DNA of 64,000 bases from Octopus vulgaris (taxonomy: Eukaryota), in contig OX597814.1 in NCBI GenBank assembly GCA_951406725.2, forward strand, positions 73,718,001-73,782,000, in the 5' to 3' direction. A model generated the notes under the pieces. That model saw only the letters and a list, made by a program, of their open reading frames with translations, was not told the origin of the DNA and did no database searches. Below, piece by piece: positions 52,153 to 64,000 of this stretch; position 1 is the first letter of the stretch, and every line of letters starts with the position of its first letter. The position numbers and the translations under genes are program-made.

Positions 52153-52356
52153 AGTGTCAAGGACAAACCTGCTCGCTTTTTTCATCTATTTTCATCCATT
52201 TCACTAGCTTTGCTATCCAACTCCACTTGCCTGATCACTTCTTGGTTCCGTATGCCCCATGAATGTGAGAACTTTTTACTTTATAAAAATTAGGTGGTAA
52301 AATGAAAATATTAAAGAACGAAATTGTAATACTGAACAGCAGTGCTGTTTAGATAC

Positions 52357-52389
52357 TATAAAATATCCATTATGACGTGGCTTTCAATC
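52357..52389 (+). promoter_or_regulatory. Candidate TATA box plus initiator
   Basis: TATAAAA at 52357-52363; TCAATC at 52384-52389 puts the putative +1 A about 29 nt downstream; 85 nt upstream of an AAAAACATG start. Confidence 0.45.
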
Positions 52390-52470
52390 TACGAAGCCTG
52401 AACAATTTACCATCATATCTGTCTTTAAAACCAATTCCATGTAGAGTTACTCTGAAGTTTCTTAAAAAAC

Positions 52471-52519
52471 ATGATGCAGAAAATGGCTGCACATAAATTG
52501 CGAAGGCGTATACTTCTAG
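52471..52519 (+). CDS. Candidate first coding exon (MMQKMAAHKLRRRILL)
   Basis: A-rich Kozak context, 16 codons + 1 nt, strong donor AG|GTGAGA. Confidence 0.45.
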
Positions 52520-53314
52520 GTGAGATGTGATATTGTTATCACAGATCTAAGAGAGCTTGCACATACGTAAGTATATATGTACGTGCAAAATATGTACACA
52601 CCAGAGAGAAAGTTACGTATTATGCAGCTGAACCAACCACATCTTCAGCTTCAGGCATAGCAAATTTATTTCTAAGAAACTGGAATTCTCGGAAAATGGA
52701 TCAAAACAGCATGCAATAAATACTACAATATGAAATATCCTTAGCCTTGAGCCAGTTGTGCTCTGTGACTAATGAAAGATGAATACGTTAGAGGTTACAA
52801 ATCTTCTAGTTAGATTTTATTGTTCTTCCCTTTTTGTCTTTTACAGATTTTTATCTCAATCTTCTTAGCATTTTTCGTAGAAAATTTTAGCTGGTTTTAA
52901 TTTGCCGATTTTGTTTTGTTTTTGTTTTCGTTTTTTTTTTTTAAATATCTGTCGACTGTTGTCTGTTTAGCGTGATTTGTGAGAATGTCGTTTATGTTTG
53001 AAGAAAGGCCTAAAAAAATAAAACCACAAAATAATTTAGAAAATATTTGTACATATCAATTTATTCAGTTACTGTTAAGTAATAGAGTATTAAAAATAAA
53101 ATGTTAGGTTATAAAAGCAGAAAATGAAGTTATATAATTACTGTAGCATTGAATAAGGGAAAATAATTTTTGTTGCCCTCTCTGCTTGACTAATATAATA
53201 AAGTTTTTAAAAAGCTTCATTGTTATAAACATTCAGGAATAGTCAATCCGTGTTTTATCCCCTGCAGATAATAACCAAAGTGGATCCACTGGAGATTAGA
53301 CTCATCAAAACGTA

Positions 53315-53514
53315 ATATTGGTTTCAAATTTTGGCACAGGACCAGCAAGTTCGGGGGAGTGAGTGAGTCGATTATATCGACCCCAGTACTCAACTGGTAC
53401 TTATTTTATCGACCCCCGAAAGGATGAAAGGCAAATCGAAATTTCAATTCAGTTCAGATAAAATTTTGCCAAACATTTTGTCCAGCATGCTAACGAAACT
53501 GCCAGCTAGCTGCC
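53315..53514 (-). mobile_element. SINE S2 (minus), followed by a plus-strand S2 fragment at ~53545-53622
   Basis: ATCGACCCCAGTACTCAACTGGTACTTATTTTATCGACCCCCGAAAGGATGAAAGGC; opposite-orientation fragment CGCCGAGGTCGACTTTG nearby. Confidence 0.8.
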
Positions 53515-53899
53515 TTAATCAACACTTAATATTAACATTAAAAAATTTCGCCGAGGTCGACTTTGTCTTGCATACTTTCGGGGTCGATAAAATATGTACC
53601 AGGTGAACGTTTGAGTTGATGTAAAAAATATTGAATCATATTTAAATCTCGGATGAAAATATAATCTTATATTTTCTCATGGTAACAGCAAGCTGATTCC
53701 ATGAGCAGGTCTCGATTTTCTGTTCACGTATACAACTAATTCTTTTAGCAAAATACCTTTACTCAAATAACTTTGAATAAAAACCCCATTTCATTCAAAG
53801 TTAAGTTGAACCATTTCTTATAAATCTTGGGTGTTTGTGACAGATAGCATCAAAAGCCTGGGTATTCTACATCATATTTATCCATGAATGAATGTCTAC

Positions 53900-54089
53900 G
53901 GATCTTTTTACTTTGACCGGCAGATTTTTAAAATAATTTCTTTGTAACTAAACACTTTTAAACAAACTGTCAAGAAAGCCAAGAGAATAAAGTGTTTTAT
54001 GTAACACATTCTACCAGTATACGAAGTTTAAAAGTGTTTAGTTACAAAGAAATTATTTTAAAAATCTGCCGGTCAAAGTGAAAATATCC
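53900..54089. mobile_element. 190-bp MITE with ~64-bp TIRs and 8-bp TSD (Merlin-like)
   Basis: TSD ATGTCTAC at 53892-53899 and 54090-54097; termini GGAT...ATCC; TIR core ACTTTGACCGGCAGATTTTTAAAATAATTTCTTTGTAACTAAACACTTTTAAAC. Confidence 0.9.
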
Positions 54090-54450
54090 ATGTCTACCTC
54101 TAATAAATTTAAGACCGTGTCCGTTGAAAACATAACTTTATTACTCATCAAAAAAGCAAGCTGCAATTACTACGTACTGAGGTTGTTTAGAAGGTTGAAA
54201 TACTTTTTATGTAATGCAATGTGAACTGTCAACCCTTAAGTGTATTAAAAAGCTGCGACATCAATTTTTACATTTTGACAGAAATATTAGGATATTGGAT
54301 ATTGTTTGTGCAGGAAATATGTTTCGATATTGAAATAGTTTCAGAGATTAAAATTATCACTATTTGAATATTTCACTTATCCACTTAGTAATTGCCACTT
54401 TATTGCATTGATTTCCCTTCTAAAAATCTCGACATTTTCAATTTTTACAG

Positions 54451-54510
54451 TGGCAGGCATATTTGTAGTCATTGTTATCAACCTCTGTATTGCAGATAAA
54501 ATCTATCCTA
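54451..54510 (+). CDS. Candidate second coding exon ((V)AGIFVVIVINLCIADKIYP), hydrophobic signal/anchor segment
   Basis: Acceptor TTTTCAATTTTTACAG, 60-nt phase 1-1 exon, donor GTGAGA; in frame with 52471-52519. Confidence 0.45.
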
Positions 54511-54777
54511 GTGAGATTTAGTGTAAGAACATAAGACAAAACTAAATGTTACAAAGCAATTTTGACCAATGCTCTAGTGTCCGGGTCACCATCCATTATT
54601 TCTCTCAAACGTATTGATTAGATATGAGCACGTTTTGTAAAACTGTCACGTTTTCTAAACGGGTGGTAGAGTTGATATAATCAATACTAGTCAATTAATA
54701 GCAGTTATTTTCCTGGGCCTGATGATTTTAAGTAGGTGGATATAATTGATGTAAAATATTTAATTTGACTAAAATAG

Positions 54778-55428
54778 AAATATCACTATTTCTAATACTC
54801 TCTAAGGAGACTACGGCAGCGGTACTGGATATTAATAGCTATCGCCAAGCTAACATGGCAGTTCAGAAAAATAGGACGAATGCTGCCGCTGATTAGCTCC
54901 AAGAGGTCATCGCCTCTAGCTAGCAATGTGACACACAGACCTGTGTCCATTATAACATTCGAACAGGGGAGGTCAGGCATCGCTGTTGACCGACTGTTCG
55001 AAGGATTCTTTACTTAAATTCAGTGGAATACATCCACTGGTTTTCATTTCTATAAATATCATTATTTCTAATTCTCTCTAAAGGAGATTACGGCAGCTGT
55101 ACTGGATATTAATAGTTATCGCCAAGCTAACATGGCAGTCCAGAAAAATAGGACGAATGCTGCCGTTGATTAGCTCCAAGAGACCATAGCAGCGACTCCT
55201 GCAGGGTTCGGCTACTCCACATTGATAAGAGGCAACCACCTTAAAACTAGTCTGTGGATGCCAGACCAGCAAGGGGAAGCTGCTAACCTCCCCTGTTCGA
55301 AGGTTATAATGGACACAGGTTTGTGTCACATCGCTAGCTAGAGGCGATGGCCTCTTGGAACTAATCAACGGCAGCAATCGTCCTATTTTTCTGGACTGCC
55401 ATGTTAGCTTTGCGATAACTATTAATAT
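54778..55428. repeat. Triplicated module: two direct copies and one inverted copy
   Basis: 54778-54973 is partly repeated at ~55056-55190 (direct); 54829-54973 is repeated inverted at 55286-55428. Confidence 0.9.
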
Positions 55429-56136
55429 TTAATTTGACGTTCTACCGTTTCTGTAAGCTCTTTGCTGCTCTTAGGAAAATTATCTACATAATTAAACATT
55501 AATATAATTAATATAATCCATAATTGTTTAATAATATAATCGTTTAATAACGAATCTCATTCTTCATGTGATCTACTATGAAGTTTAGTTTTAATTACAT
55601 GAATGAATAATATATTGTAGCATTAAAAGCAACATTGATTATTTTTCTGAAAAAACAAAAACAAATTACGCTTATTTTGCTTATTTACTGTTCTGAAACT
55701 TCTCTAAAATCTCCTGTGAACATATGTAACCTTAGACTAATGTAGTGCGATATATACCTACAAATTTCTACATTGCAGAACCTACCCCGGATTAAAGGAC
55801 CCCCTTCGTCCCAAATGCATATGATATAGAACAGTATTTATCTTTCATTGCTTCCATGTGAAAATAAGTATATAAAATATAAAACAAGTAGCAAGAGTAA
55901 GTTAGCTGAAAGTTCAAATTGACTGAATCCATACAGACCTGTACCAATATATGCAATTCTTATTTTTACACATACCTAAATATATAGAATGTGTAGAAAG
56001 TTTCGCAAAATGTGATATGAATAAATATATTAACACATATAAAGCTTTCTATCAATAAATGCTACATACGTCTATAAAAAGAATTAATTGATTATCAGTT
56101 AATAGCAATTCTTATGGCTTCTATACTTATGGTATC

Positions 56137-56365
56137 TATTTCTTTACTACCCACAAGGGGCTAAACACAGACGGGACACACAAGGACAGACAAACGGAGT
56201 AAAGTCGATTACATCGACCCCAGTGCGTAACCGGTACTTAATTTATCGACCCCGAAAGGATGAAAGGTAAAGTCGACCTCGGCGGAATTTGAACACAGAA
56301 CGTAACGGCAGACGAAATACGGCTATGCATTTCGCCCGGCGCGCTAACGTTTCTGCCAGCTCTCG
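56137..56365 (-). mobile_element. Full-length SINE S2 variant with 11-bp TSD
   Basis: TSD CTTATGGTATC at 56126-56136 and 56366-56376. Confidence 0.9.
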
Positions 56366-56429
56366 CTTATGGTATCATTATATGATACAGACTTCCGTAT
56401 ATCATACAATGATGGACAAATAAGATTTC

Positions 56430-58135
56430 GTAGTCTTAGGTTCTCCTGCGCCGATTTCAGCTTCATCCCATGAAATGTCAATGGCTTTCAGGTTATCGTT
56501 GAAGGTGCGGCGCCAAGTCACTTGTGGTCGCCCTTGTTTTCTCTTGCCTATGCGGTGGCTTCCTCAGAATAGCAGTTTATTCGCATGCCGCGACAATGGT
56601 AATCGGAGGACATGGCCTGCGTATCGCAAGCAGCGCTCAGTGATAACGTCATGGAATGGACGGGTATCAGTTCGTCGATGTATCTCGTCGCTGGTATGAT
56701 ATTCGCAGTATCCGCCGGAGGCATCGTGGCTGAAATAGATTGAGCCTTCGCGCGATCTTTGCCGATGTCTTCCACGTTTCCACCGTGTATATTGCCGATG
56801 ATATGACGGTGTCTTTAAAGAGGCGTACTTTGGTCTTGGTAGAGATCACCCTGCCTGCCCAGATGGGTTTGACTTTTTGAAAGACAGCCGAGGCCTTCCC
56901 AATCCGGCAGGCAACGTCGTGTTCGGCGTCTCCGTTGTTGGCCACAACGCTGCCCAAATAAGTGAACTCATCAAATTTCTCAATTTGGTGTTTTCCAGTC
57001 ATCAAGGGGACGCCATTGGTATTCCCATTGAAATATCCAGTTCCCATGATTTTTGTCTTGGTTGCACTTATACGGAGTCCGATCTTGGCCGCCTCCCGTT
57101 CCAATCTCTCTGTCATTGTGCGAATGACATTCTTCGTCGCTCCGAGGAGCGCGATGTCATCGGCGAGGTCGAGGTCAGTCAGGCGCCCCGACCCACACCA
57201 CAAAGTTGATCGTCATAAGAAATAGGAGAAGGTATAGAATGCACCCTTGCCGTACACCGGTCTCAATGGCAAAATAGTCGGTGTAGCCTGTCTCCGTTCG
57301 AACGTAACATCTAGCCTCGCGGTAAAGGCTTCGACGAAACGCTCGGAAATGCCGAAGTCACGAGCGATGCACCACAACGAGCTCCGGTGTACGCTGTCGA
57401 ATGCCTTGAGAAAATCAATGAAAATGATTAGTTGCCGTTGCTGATATCCAGGTTTTGTTCGACAATGTTGTGCAACTTGAAGATTTGTCCATTGTACGAT
57501 CGTCAGTATCGAAAACCGGCTTGTTCTTCTCGGCTTCTCGGAGCCTCTCATCCACCGCCCGTTGCAGCCGTCTTAAGAGGACGATACCGAAGACTTTTCC
57601 GGGGACAGATAGAAGCGTAATCCCCCTTCAGTTATTGCAAGGAGGCAATCATCGAAAGTGCCGAAAATACCATCGGCAAACGCCGTGGCGCGTACAAGGA
57701 GCGTTGGATCCAAGATCGTTGCGAGACGAAAGGCTGAAATACAATGAGACCTAGCATAAACGGACGAAGCCCAGCAGGAAGCATCGGAGACGTATCGAAG
57801 AGTGAAGAAGAGCTGTCGGAAAAACAAGCGGGATTGGCTGGAACAAAGGAGTCAGAAGGTGCAGGAGGCGGCGGATCGAAATGATACGAAGACTTTATAG
57901 CGTGACCTTACCGGAACGAGAAGCGGACAAAAGGTGCCCATCAAGGACAAGAACGAAACACGGAGGTCATCCCGTCGTCGAACATCTGACGACCCTCCGA
58001 AATGTATGCTGGACGACAGGTCGGGTTCTAGAGGATTGGCAACAGGGTGTAATCGTTAAGCTCCCAAAGGAAGGAAAACTCACCTATTGCAATAATTGGA
58101 GAGGGATTACGCTTTTATCTGTCCCCGGTAAACAG
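56430..58135 (-). mobile_element. RTE-clade LINE with inverted 5' segment
   Basis: Minus 57640-56430: RGITLLSVPGK, FIDFLKAFDSVHR, LTDLDLADDIALL, FTYLGS, 3' end. Plus 57640-58135: upstream ORF region ending CNNWRGITLLSVPGK. Confidence 0.88.
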
Positions 58136-58345
58136 GCTTTACCATGACATATTGCTACACCATGAATTCACTCCTTCAAAAACTGTAACTGCATTCTCAG
58201 TTCTAATAATTATTTAATTTGCATATATAATAGTCTAGGTGTTAATGTACATTCATACAATCAACTATTTATATACATACATGCATACTTACATATACAA
58301 ATATACATGCATGCACACATACATAAACACACAAATATATATATA

Positions 58346-58386
<41 letters not shown>

Positions 58387-58424
58387 TATATTGAAGGCAT
58401 TACTATACATAAATGCCACACACT

Positions 58425-58956
58425 GTTTTTCACGCTAACTACTTGATAAATTCTTATAAAAATTTTATCCTATTTTTCAATTGTAAATTTAACCGGAGTT
58501 TTTTCAGTGCTGAATTTTATTCCGAATAAGCACGTTGTACCGAGATGCAATTTATATAGATATATAAGGATGAACAATTCTATATGCTACGCTGGATACA
58601 TTTGGTGTTCATCTCGTATGTTCATTTTTGTTCATTTTTATATATCTTGAACTGTGCTTGCACTGAAGATTAAAAAGTGCATTTGTGCACTAATTATGAA
58701 AACGTGATACGCAGCTGAATTCTGCTTTTAAAATGCTCACTTCGAGAGTTGCATTCCCTCGTATTCAGTACAATGTGTTTATTTATTTTGGTAGTTTTGA
58801 CTTTAAGAGTCCCTCCTAGCGTGTGGAATTAATGTATAGTAATGCCCTCAATATAAATTAAAATATTTAAGATGAAAAGTTAATGGATTTTTCCCTTATG
58901 AGGTTTTTCACGCTAACTACTTGATAAATTCTTATAAAGATTTTATCCTATTTTTC

Positions 58957-58960
<4 letters not shown>
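58425..58960 (+). repeat. 478-bp unit bounded by a 58-bp direct repeat
   Basis: 58425-58482 equals 58903-58960 with 1 mismatch. Confidence 0.9.
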
Positions 58961-59014
<54 letters not shown>

Positions 59015-59072
59015 CTTGAGCCGAGCCATCTCTTGCAGGTACACATAGTCTTCGGGCAATTTGCAGTCGTAA

Positions 59073-59120
59073 CTTGTCTGAAGAGCCTCTGCACTCATAG
59101 ACGAAACTCAGAGTAGCAAG
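59073..59120 (+). ncRNA. Minimal type I hammerhead ribozyme motif
   Basis: Stem I CTTGT/GCAAG; CTGAAGA 59078-59084; stem II GCCTCTG-CACT-CATAGAC (2 mismatches); GAAA 59103-59106; CTCAGAG stem III; GUA triplet ending 59115. Confidence 0.7.
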
Positions 59121-60950
59121 AGGCTGAAAACCAAAATATATTATTAGTCTCTACTATGGTATTGAATACTCTTTCTTCAATAGTCAACATCAAACGCATA
59201 CAAACACACACACATACAAACACACACACAAACATACACAAACACGCAAACACATATATATATAGAGAGAGAGAGGCATGTACAGGTTTGGCGATGCAAA
59301 CAGGAGAAATAAAGTTAAAAACATGTATAGGCATGTATGTATACACACACATATGCACGCAAGGAGGGATTCAGAAGTCCCTTTGGGATTTAAATGATAA
59401 ACAAAATTTTTATTAGCTCTTTTGTTACACTTTTGTTTTGCTTACTTTCAATACTATCTTTGCTATTTTATTGTAAATGTTATACACACACACATACATA
59501 ATGACATCTTCGAAAAATGTAATTATTTAGAAATGGGAGTATATCCATTGTCCCACAGTAGAACAATACAACGGAAATCCTATTCAAATCTCCTTGGATA
59601 TCTGAGCAGCTAGCAGTGTGGACAGCAGGACAGCAGACCAGGTCTCCTAGAATCCCTGAGTCGTGAAAAGCAATGAGGTCGAGAGGACTGATATATGTCG
59701 CGGGAAGATGGATGACGGGTGTGTTGAGGAGGCTGTAGGTATGAGAGAGGGTTAGATAGAGGTGGTGATGAGACATACGTTAAGAGACTCAGCAGACTTT
59801 AGCTGACCTCGGCTGGAAGTCAACTTCTATTGATGCTAAAGAGACTTTTGAATCAACCCATGTGTGCGTATGTGCGCGTGCGCGCATTGAAACATATATA
59901 CATTACACACATTCGTAAATACGTACATATATACTTCCGCCACCTTTTGTACACATAGCACAGTTGTATAATTGGCGCTGTTTTACTGTCGGTCACGCAT
60001 CAAGCTGTAGGCTACTTGGAAGAAGAATGAATGCCGCTCGTATTATTAATATCCAAGATACGCCAAACTTTTTCTCGGAAGTATTGGAAAAAATCAATCA
60101 ATTTTTGTCTAGATCAAAGAAAACACATTTCATGCAACACTTGTCATAGAAGACTTTAATATATAGTAACCATAGAAACCTCTCATTTTCAGTTTTCGTT
60201 CTTTTTTTCTAGTAAATCATATGATAACGTCAAGTACATGACAAAATACATTTATAGCAGTTTGATGTATTACATGCATACAACAACTTTCATACATTTC
60301 TTAAAGTTCCATACTGTTACATACTCTCGGAAAGAGATTGTTTGTTTATTTTTACCCATTATATTTTTATAAGTAATTTTCATAATAATTGATATTTTTT
60401 CTTCGCTAGTAGACGCAGCTCGCCAATATTCTTTCATTAAGCATCACCAAATATCCCATCTTACTACGTTTGAGACACAGACTTCATGCTGTTTTGTATG
60501 GAGCATTTGGTATGGAGCATTTGGTATGGAGCATTTAGTTTGTACAAGTGCAAAAATCATTAAAAAAATATAATAATTACTCTTGTCACAATTAATCTTC
60601 TTTATTTGGTCACAGATGTTATAATCTTCTTACTCTTTGACTATACATGTACCAAGTCGGTATTTCAAATACAATTATGTTGCTATGAAAAATAGAGTTT
60701 GAGAATATACTTCCCGCATGCTTTGAGTTGACTGTGTTTAGCCCAAGAAGCACAAGAATATTTTATTTCAACGTTAATTAGTGCTGAATCAATGAACGTA
60801 TGCTATTGAAGATTTAAAACGATGGCGCGTTCATAAATAACATGCACCATGCTCTTTGGTGTAGTCAGTGTTATTCTCCCATGGAACTCTCAGTTAGACT
60901 CAATGAAAAACAAATCCAATATAACAGTATTACATTGATGTTCGAGATAA

Positions 60951-61034
<84 letters not shown>

Positions 61035-61251
61035 GCGATTATTTAGTAAGTGGTGCCGAAATTTACAATCCGAAAATAATAATAATATTTTCGCTTATAA
61101 GCTTTAAGCTTATAAAATATCATTATTAATACATACATACATACAAAAATACCCTGTTGTTGATGTTGAAATTCCAATAAAGGAGCCTTGAATCTAGGTT
61201 AGAAACCGGTTCTTTCGCTCTTGGCAAGAAATCTTGAAATAAACTGAATAA

Positions 61252-61282
<31 letters not shown>

Positions 61283-61315
61283 CATACATACATACATACA
61301 TACATACATACAAAC

Positions 61316-62165
61316 AAGGTGCATTCCAGAAGTTTTGAAAACTGTTTTAAGAGAGGCCGTTATAACTGTCCTCGACTATTGTAATTTTAGTATATCATTA
61401 CTACACATCTACTAAGCTTATATGCCAACTTTCATTCTTGCAGACTTAAAAAACTGCTGTAACAGCGCTTTGAACATACCTTACTAAACATTACTTTATC
61501 ACAACTGTCTAGCTTGCAGAATGCAGTCGGGGCATGACAACAGTTTGGAAGTTCGCTATGCAATACATTTTTGTGTTAGACTGAGCAAAAATGCTGCAAT
61601 GAAAGTGTCAGATTGTGTTATGAATTAAATTGTATGAGACGTCCATCTGTTTTTAGTAGGCAAAAGAAGTCAGGCAAAGCAAATCCACCGGAAACTCATG
61701 ATGGTCTCCTTTCTTGACAGCAAGGGGATCATCTACATCTACTGAGTTCTTTGACCGAACGGTCAGCAAATAGTATTTATAGAGGTTTTGTAGAGGTTTT
61801 GAGAGGTTTCAGAAAGAGATTTCGGCGCAAAAGGCCAGATCTGTTGCATCAGGACAATCCACTAATCCACAATTCCATCTTCGCAATCAACTACTTGAGA
61901 GAGATGGCTATCAAATTTGTACCTTACCCTCTCTGTCATGAAGACCTTGCTTCTTGTGACTTTTGGTTATTCTCTAAAATGAAGAAAATGAAGGAGGCAA
62001 ATGGCAAAGGCGACAGACACCTTTACTTTGGAGGGCTTCCTTGAAGCATTCACAAAGAGACTGGAACATTAGAACAAGTAAATTAAAATCTGAGGATCCT
62101 ATATCTAAGGAGATTTGAATTTTATACTTCTTTGAAATTAATATCTGTTGTCTAGAATGCACTTT
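61316..62165 (+). mobile_element. Decayed, deleted mariner
   Basis: EVRYAIHFCVRLSK, LMMVSFLDSKGII, LLHQDNPLIH...DLASCDFWLFSKMK. Confidence 0.8.
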
Positions 62166-62228
62166 CTACACAAACACATGTACAAACACATAGACACACA
62201 TACACACGCACACACACACGCACGCATG

Positions 62229-62231
<3 letters not shown>

Positions 62232-62275
<44 letters not shown>

Positions 62276-62370
62276 GACTACATACATATATATATATACG
62301 TATGTATATAGACATATATATATACACATATATACATACAAATATACATGTGTGTATACATATATATAGG

Positions 62371-62451
<81 letters not shown>

Positions 62452-62452
62452 T

Positions 62453-62540
<88 letters not shown>

Positions 62541-62545
62541 TAGGT
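62232..62545. repeat. (TA)n and (AGAT)n microsatellites
   Basis: Directly visible. Confidence 0.95.
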
Positions 62546-62931
62546 ATAGATATATGTAAATGTTGTAAATGTTGGACAGATATGTATGAAAGTCTTCAGG
62601 CAGAGAACGAGTAATATTTTTCTTCTCTCATTCTCAGTCTGAAGAATTTCTAATAGGAAATTTCTTATATGTTTATCCAATATGTACAACTTAGTGATTT
62701 CTGTTAGCAAATGAAACTCGTAATGATGAATAAATGATAGCAGAAAATTCTTCCAACTTGCTGTTTGATGTATAACTCTGCAAACAATGTTTCCAGAATT
62801 TTCAACTCTAATATGTATATGTCATAAATACAGCAACTGCAACTACATACTGGATTTTATAGAGGAAAAACTAGATGGACGTCCAGAGGACACACCAGGG
62901 TTTTACCCAACTTACTATAAATGCATACATA

Positions 62932-63093
62932 GGCGCAGGAGTGGCTGCGTGGTAAGTAGCTTACTTACCAATCACATGGTTTCAGGTTCAGTCCCACTCC
63001 GTGGCACACTGGGCAAGTGTTTTCTACTATAGTCTCGGGCTGACCAAAGCCTTGTGAGTGGATTGGTAGACGGAAACTGAAAGAAGCCCGTAG

Positions 63094-63138
<45 letters not shown>

Positions 63139-63352
63139 ATGTTTGTGTGTTTGTATTTGTACCTCCAGCATCACTTGACAACTGATGTTGGTGTGTTTAC
63201 ATCCCCGTAACTTACCGGTCCGGCATAAGATACCGATAGAATAAGTACTAGGCTTACAAAGAATATGTCCTGGGGTCGATTTGTTCGACTAAAGGCGGTG
63301 CTCTAGCATGGCCGCAGTCAAATGTCTGAAACAAATAAAAGAATAAAAGAAT
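62932..63352 (+). mobile_element. Full-length SINE S1
   Basis: Co-linear with 5270-5670. Confidence 0.92.
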
Positions 63353-63391
63353 ACATGCACACACACACACACACACACACACTCACAGGCA

Positions 63392-63513
63392 GAGGCGTGG
63401 CTGTGTGGAAAGAAGCTTGCTTCCCAACTACATTGGGTGTCTTCTACTATAGCCACGCGCCGACCAAAGCTTTGCGTGTGGATTTGGTAGATGGAAACTG
63501 AAAGAAGCCTGTC

Positions 63514-63570
<57 letters not shown>

Positions 63571-63705
63571 TTGTATGTATGTATGATGTATGTATGTATG
63601 TATGTATGTATGTATGTATGTTTGTGTATGTGTATGTATATGTTTGTGCGTCTCTGTTTGTCACACCACCATCGCTTGACAACCGATGTTGGTGTGTTTA
63701 GATCT
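63392..63705 (+). mobile_element. Deleted SINE S1 with expanded internal microsatellite
   Basis: GGCGTGGCTGTGTGG head, GGAAACTGAAAGAAGCCTGTCG, TA/TATG tract, ATCGCTTGACAACCGATGTTGG. Confidence 0.8.
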
Positions 63706-63707
63706 CT

Positions 63708-64000
63708 GTAATAATATGCAGTTCAATGCCGCAAAATTTCAAGCACTTCGCTTTCAGCCCACAAACAAACTACAGCTGAAGTACACAGAACCAGCAGCCA
63801 ATGTAATCCCAGAGTTAGAGTCGGTGCGTGACCTGGTAATCTACATGAACAACGATGCCATGTGCACATTGCTCAGATGGTAACACTATGCAGGCGGGTG
63901 GCAAGTTCGTTCCTTAGATTCTTCAGGACCAGGAACAGAGATATAATGCTTCTGCTTTGGAGAACATTTGTCCTCAGTCGTCTGGGCTACTGCTCCCAGC
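63708..64000 (+). mobile_element. CR1-group LINE RT C-terminal fragment (runs off window)
   Basis: NNMQFNAAKFQAL...SVRDLVIY...FRTRNRDIMLLLWRTFVLSRLGYCSQ. Confidence 0.8.

Noticed and set aside
55779-55830. Acceptor at 55778 as exon 3 of the candidate gene (also 62861 onward)
   Set aside because: The phase-1 reading stops after five codons at the first site; the second has no convincing donor before a SINE.

Overview
AT-rich, microsatellite-dense eukaryotic DNA. The SINE families and (TAA)/(TACA)/(CA)/(TA) tract load look like an octopod cephalopod genome, but this is an inference from repeat style and was not verified. Almost all long ORFs are decayed transposable elements or microsatellite translations. 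Identifiable content: (i) two large same-polarity stacks of R4/Dong-clade non-LTR retrotransposon fragments separated by (TAA)n tracts (about 6.8-11.4 kb and 39.6-47.4 kb), plus a related family that uses (TACA)n instead (26.5-28.4 kb); (ii) a discrete ~520-550 bp non-coding element that appears twice with identical ends between TAA tracts; (iii) five mariner-family elements, a Chapaev3-like remnant, a Merlin-like MITE with an 8-bp TSD, RTE, HERO-like and CR1-like LINE fragments, and three tRNA-SINE families; (iv) Penelope-like remnants and several type I hammerhead ribozyme motifs, two with intact catalytic cores (13905-13988 and 59073-59120), one at the end of a ~630-bp fold-back; (v) a candidate host gene start missed by the ORF track: TATA/Inr at ~52357-52389 and two short exons (52471-52519, 54451-54510) that splice to a signal-anchor-like N-terminus. 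No prokaryotic genes, CRISPR arrays, rRNA or true tRNA genes are supported.
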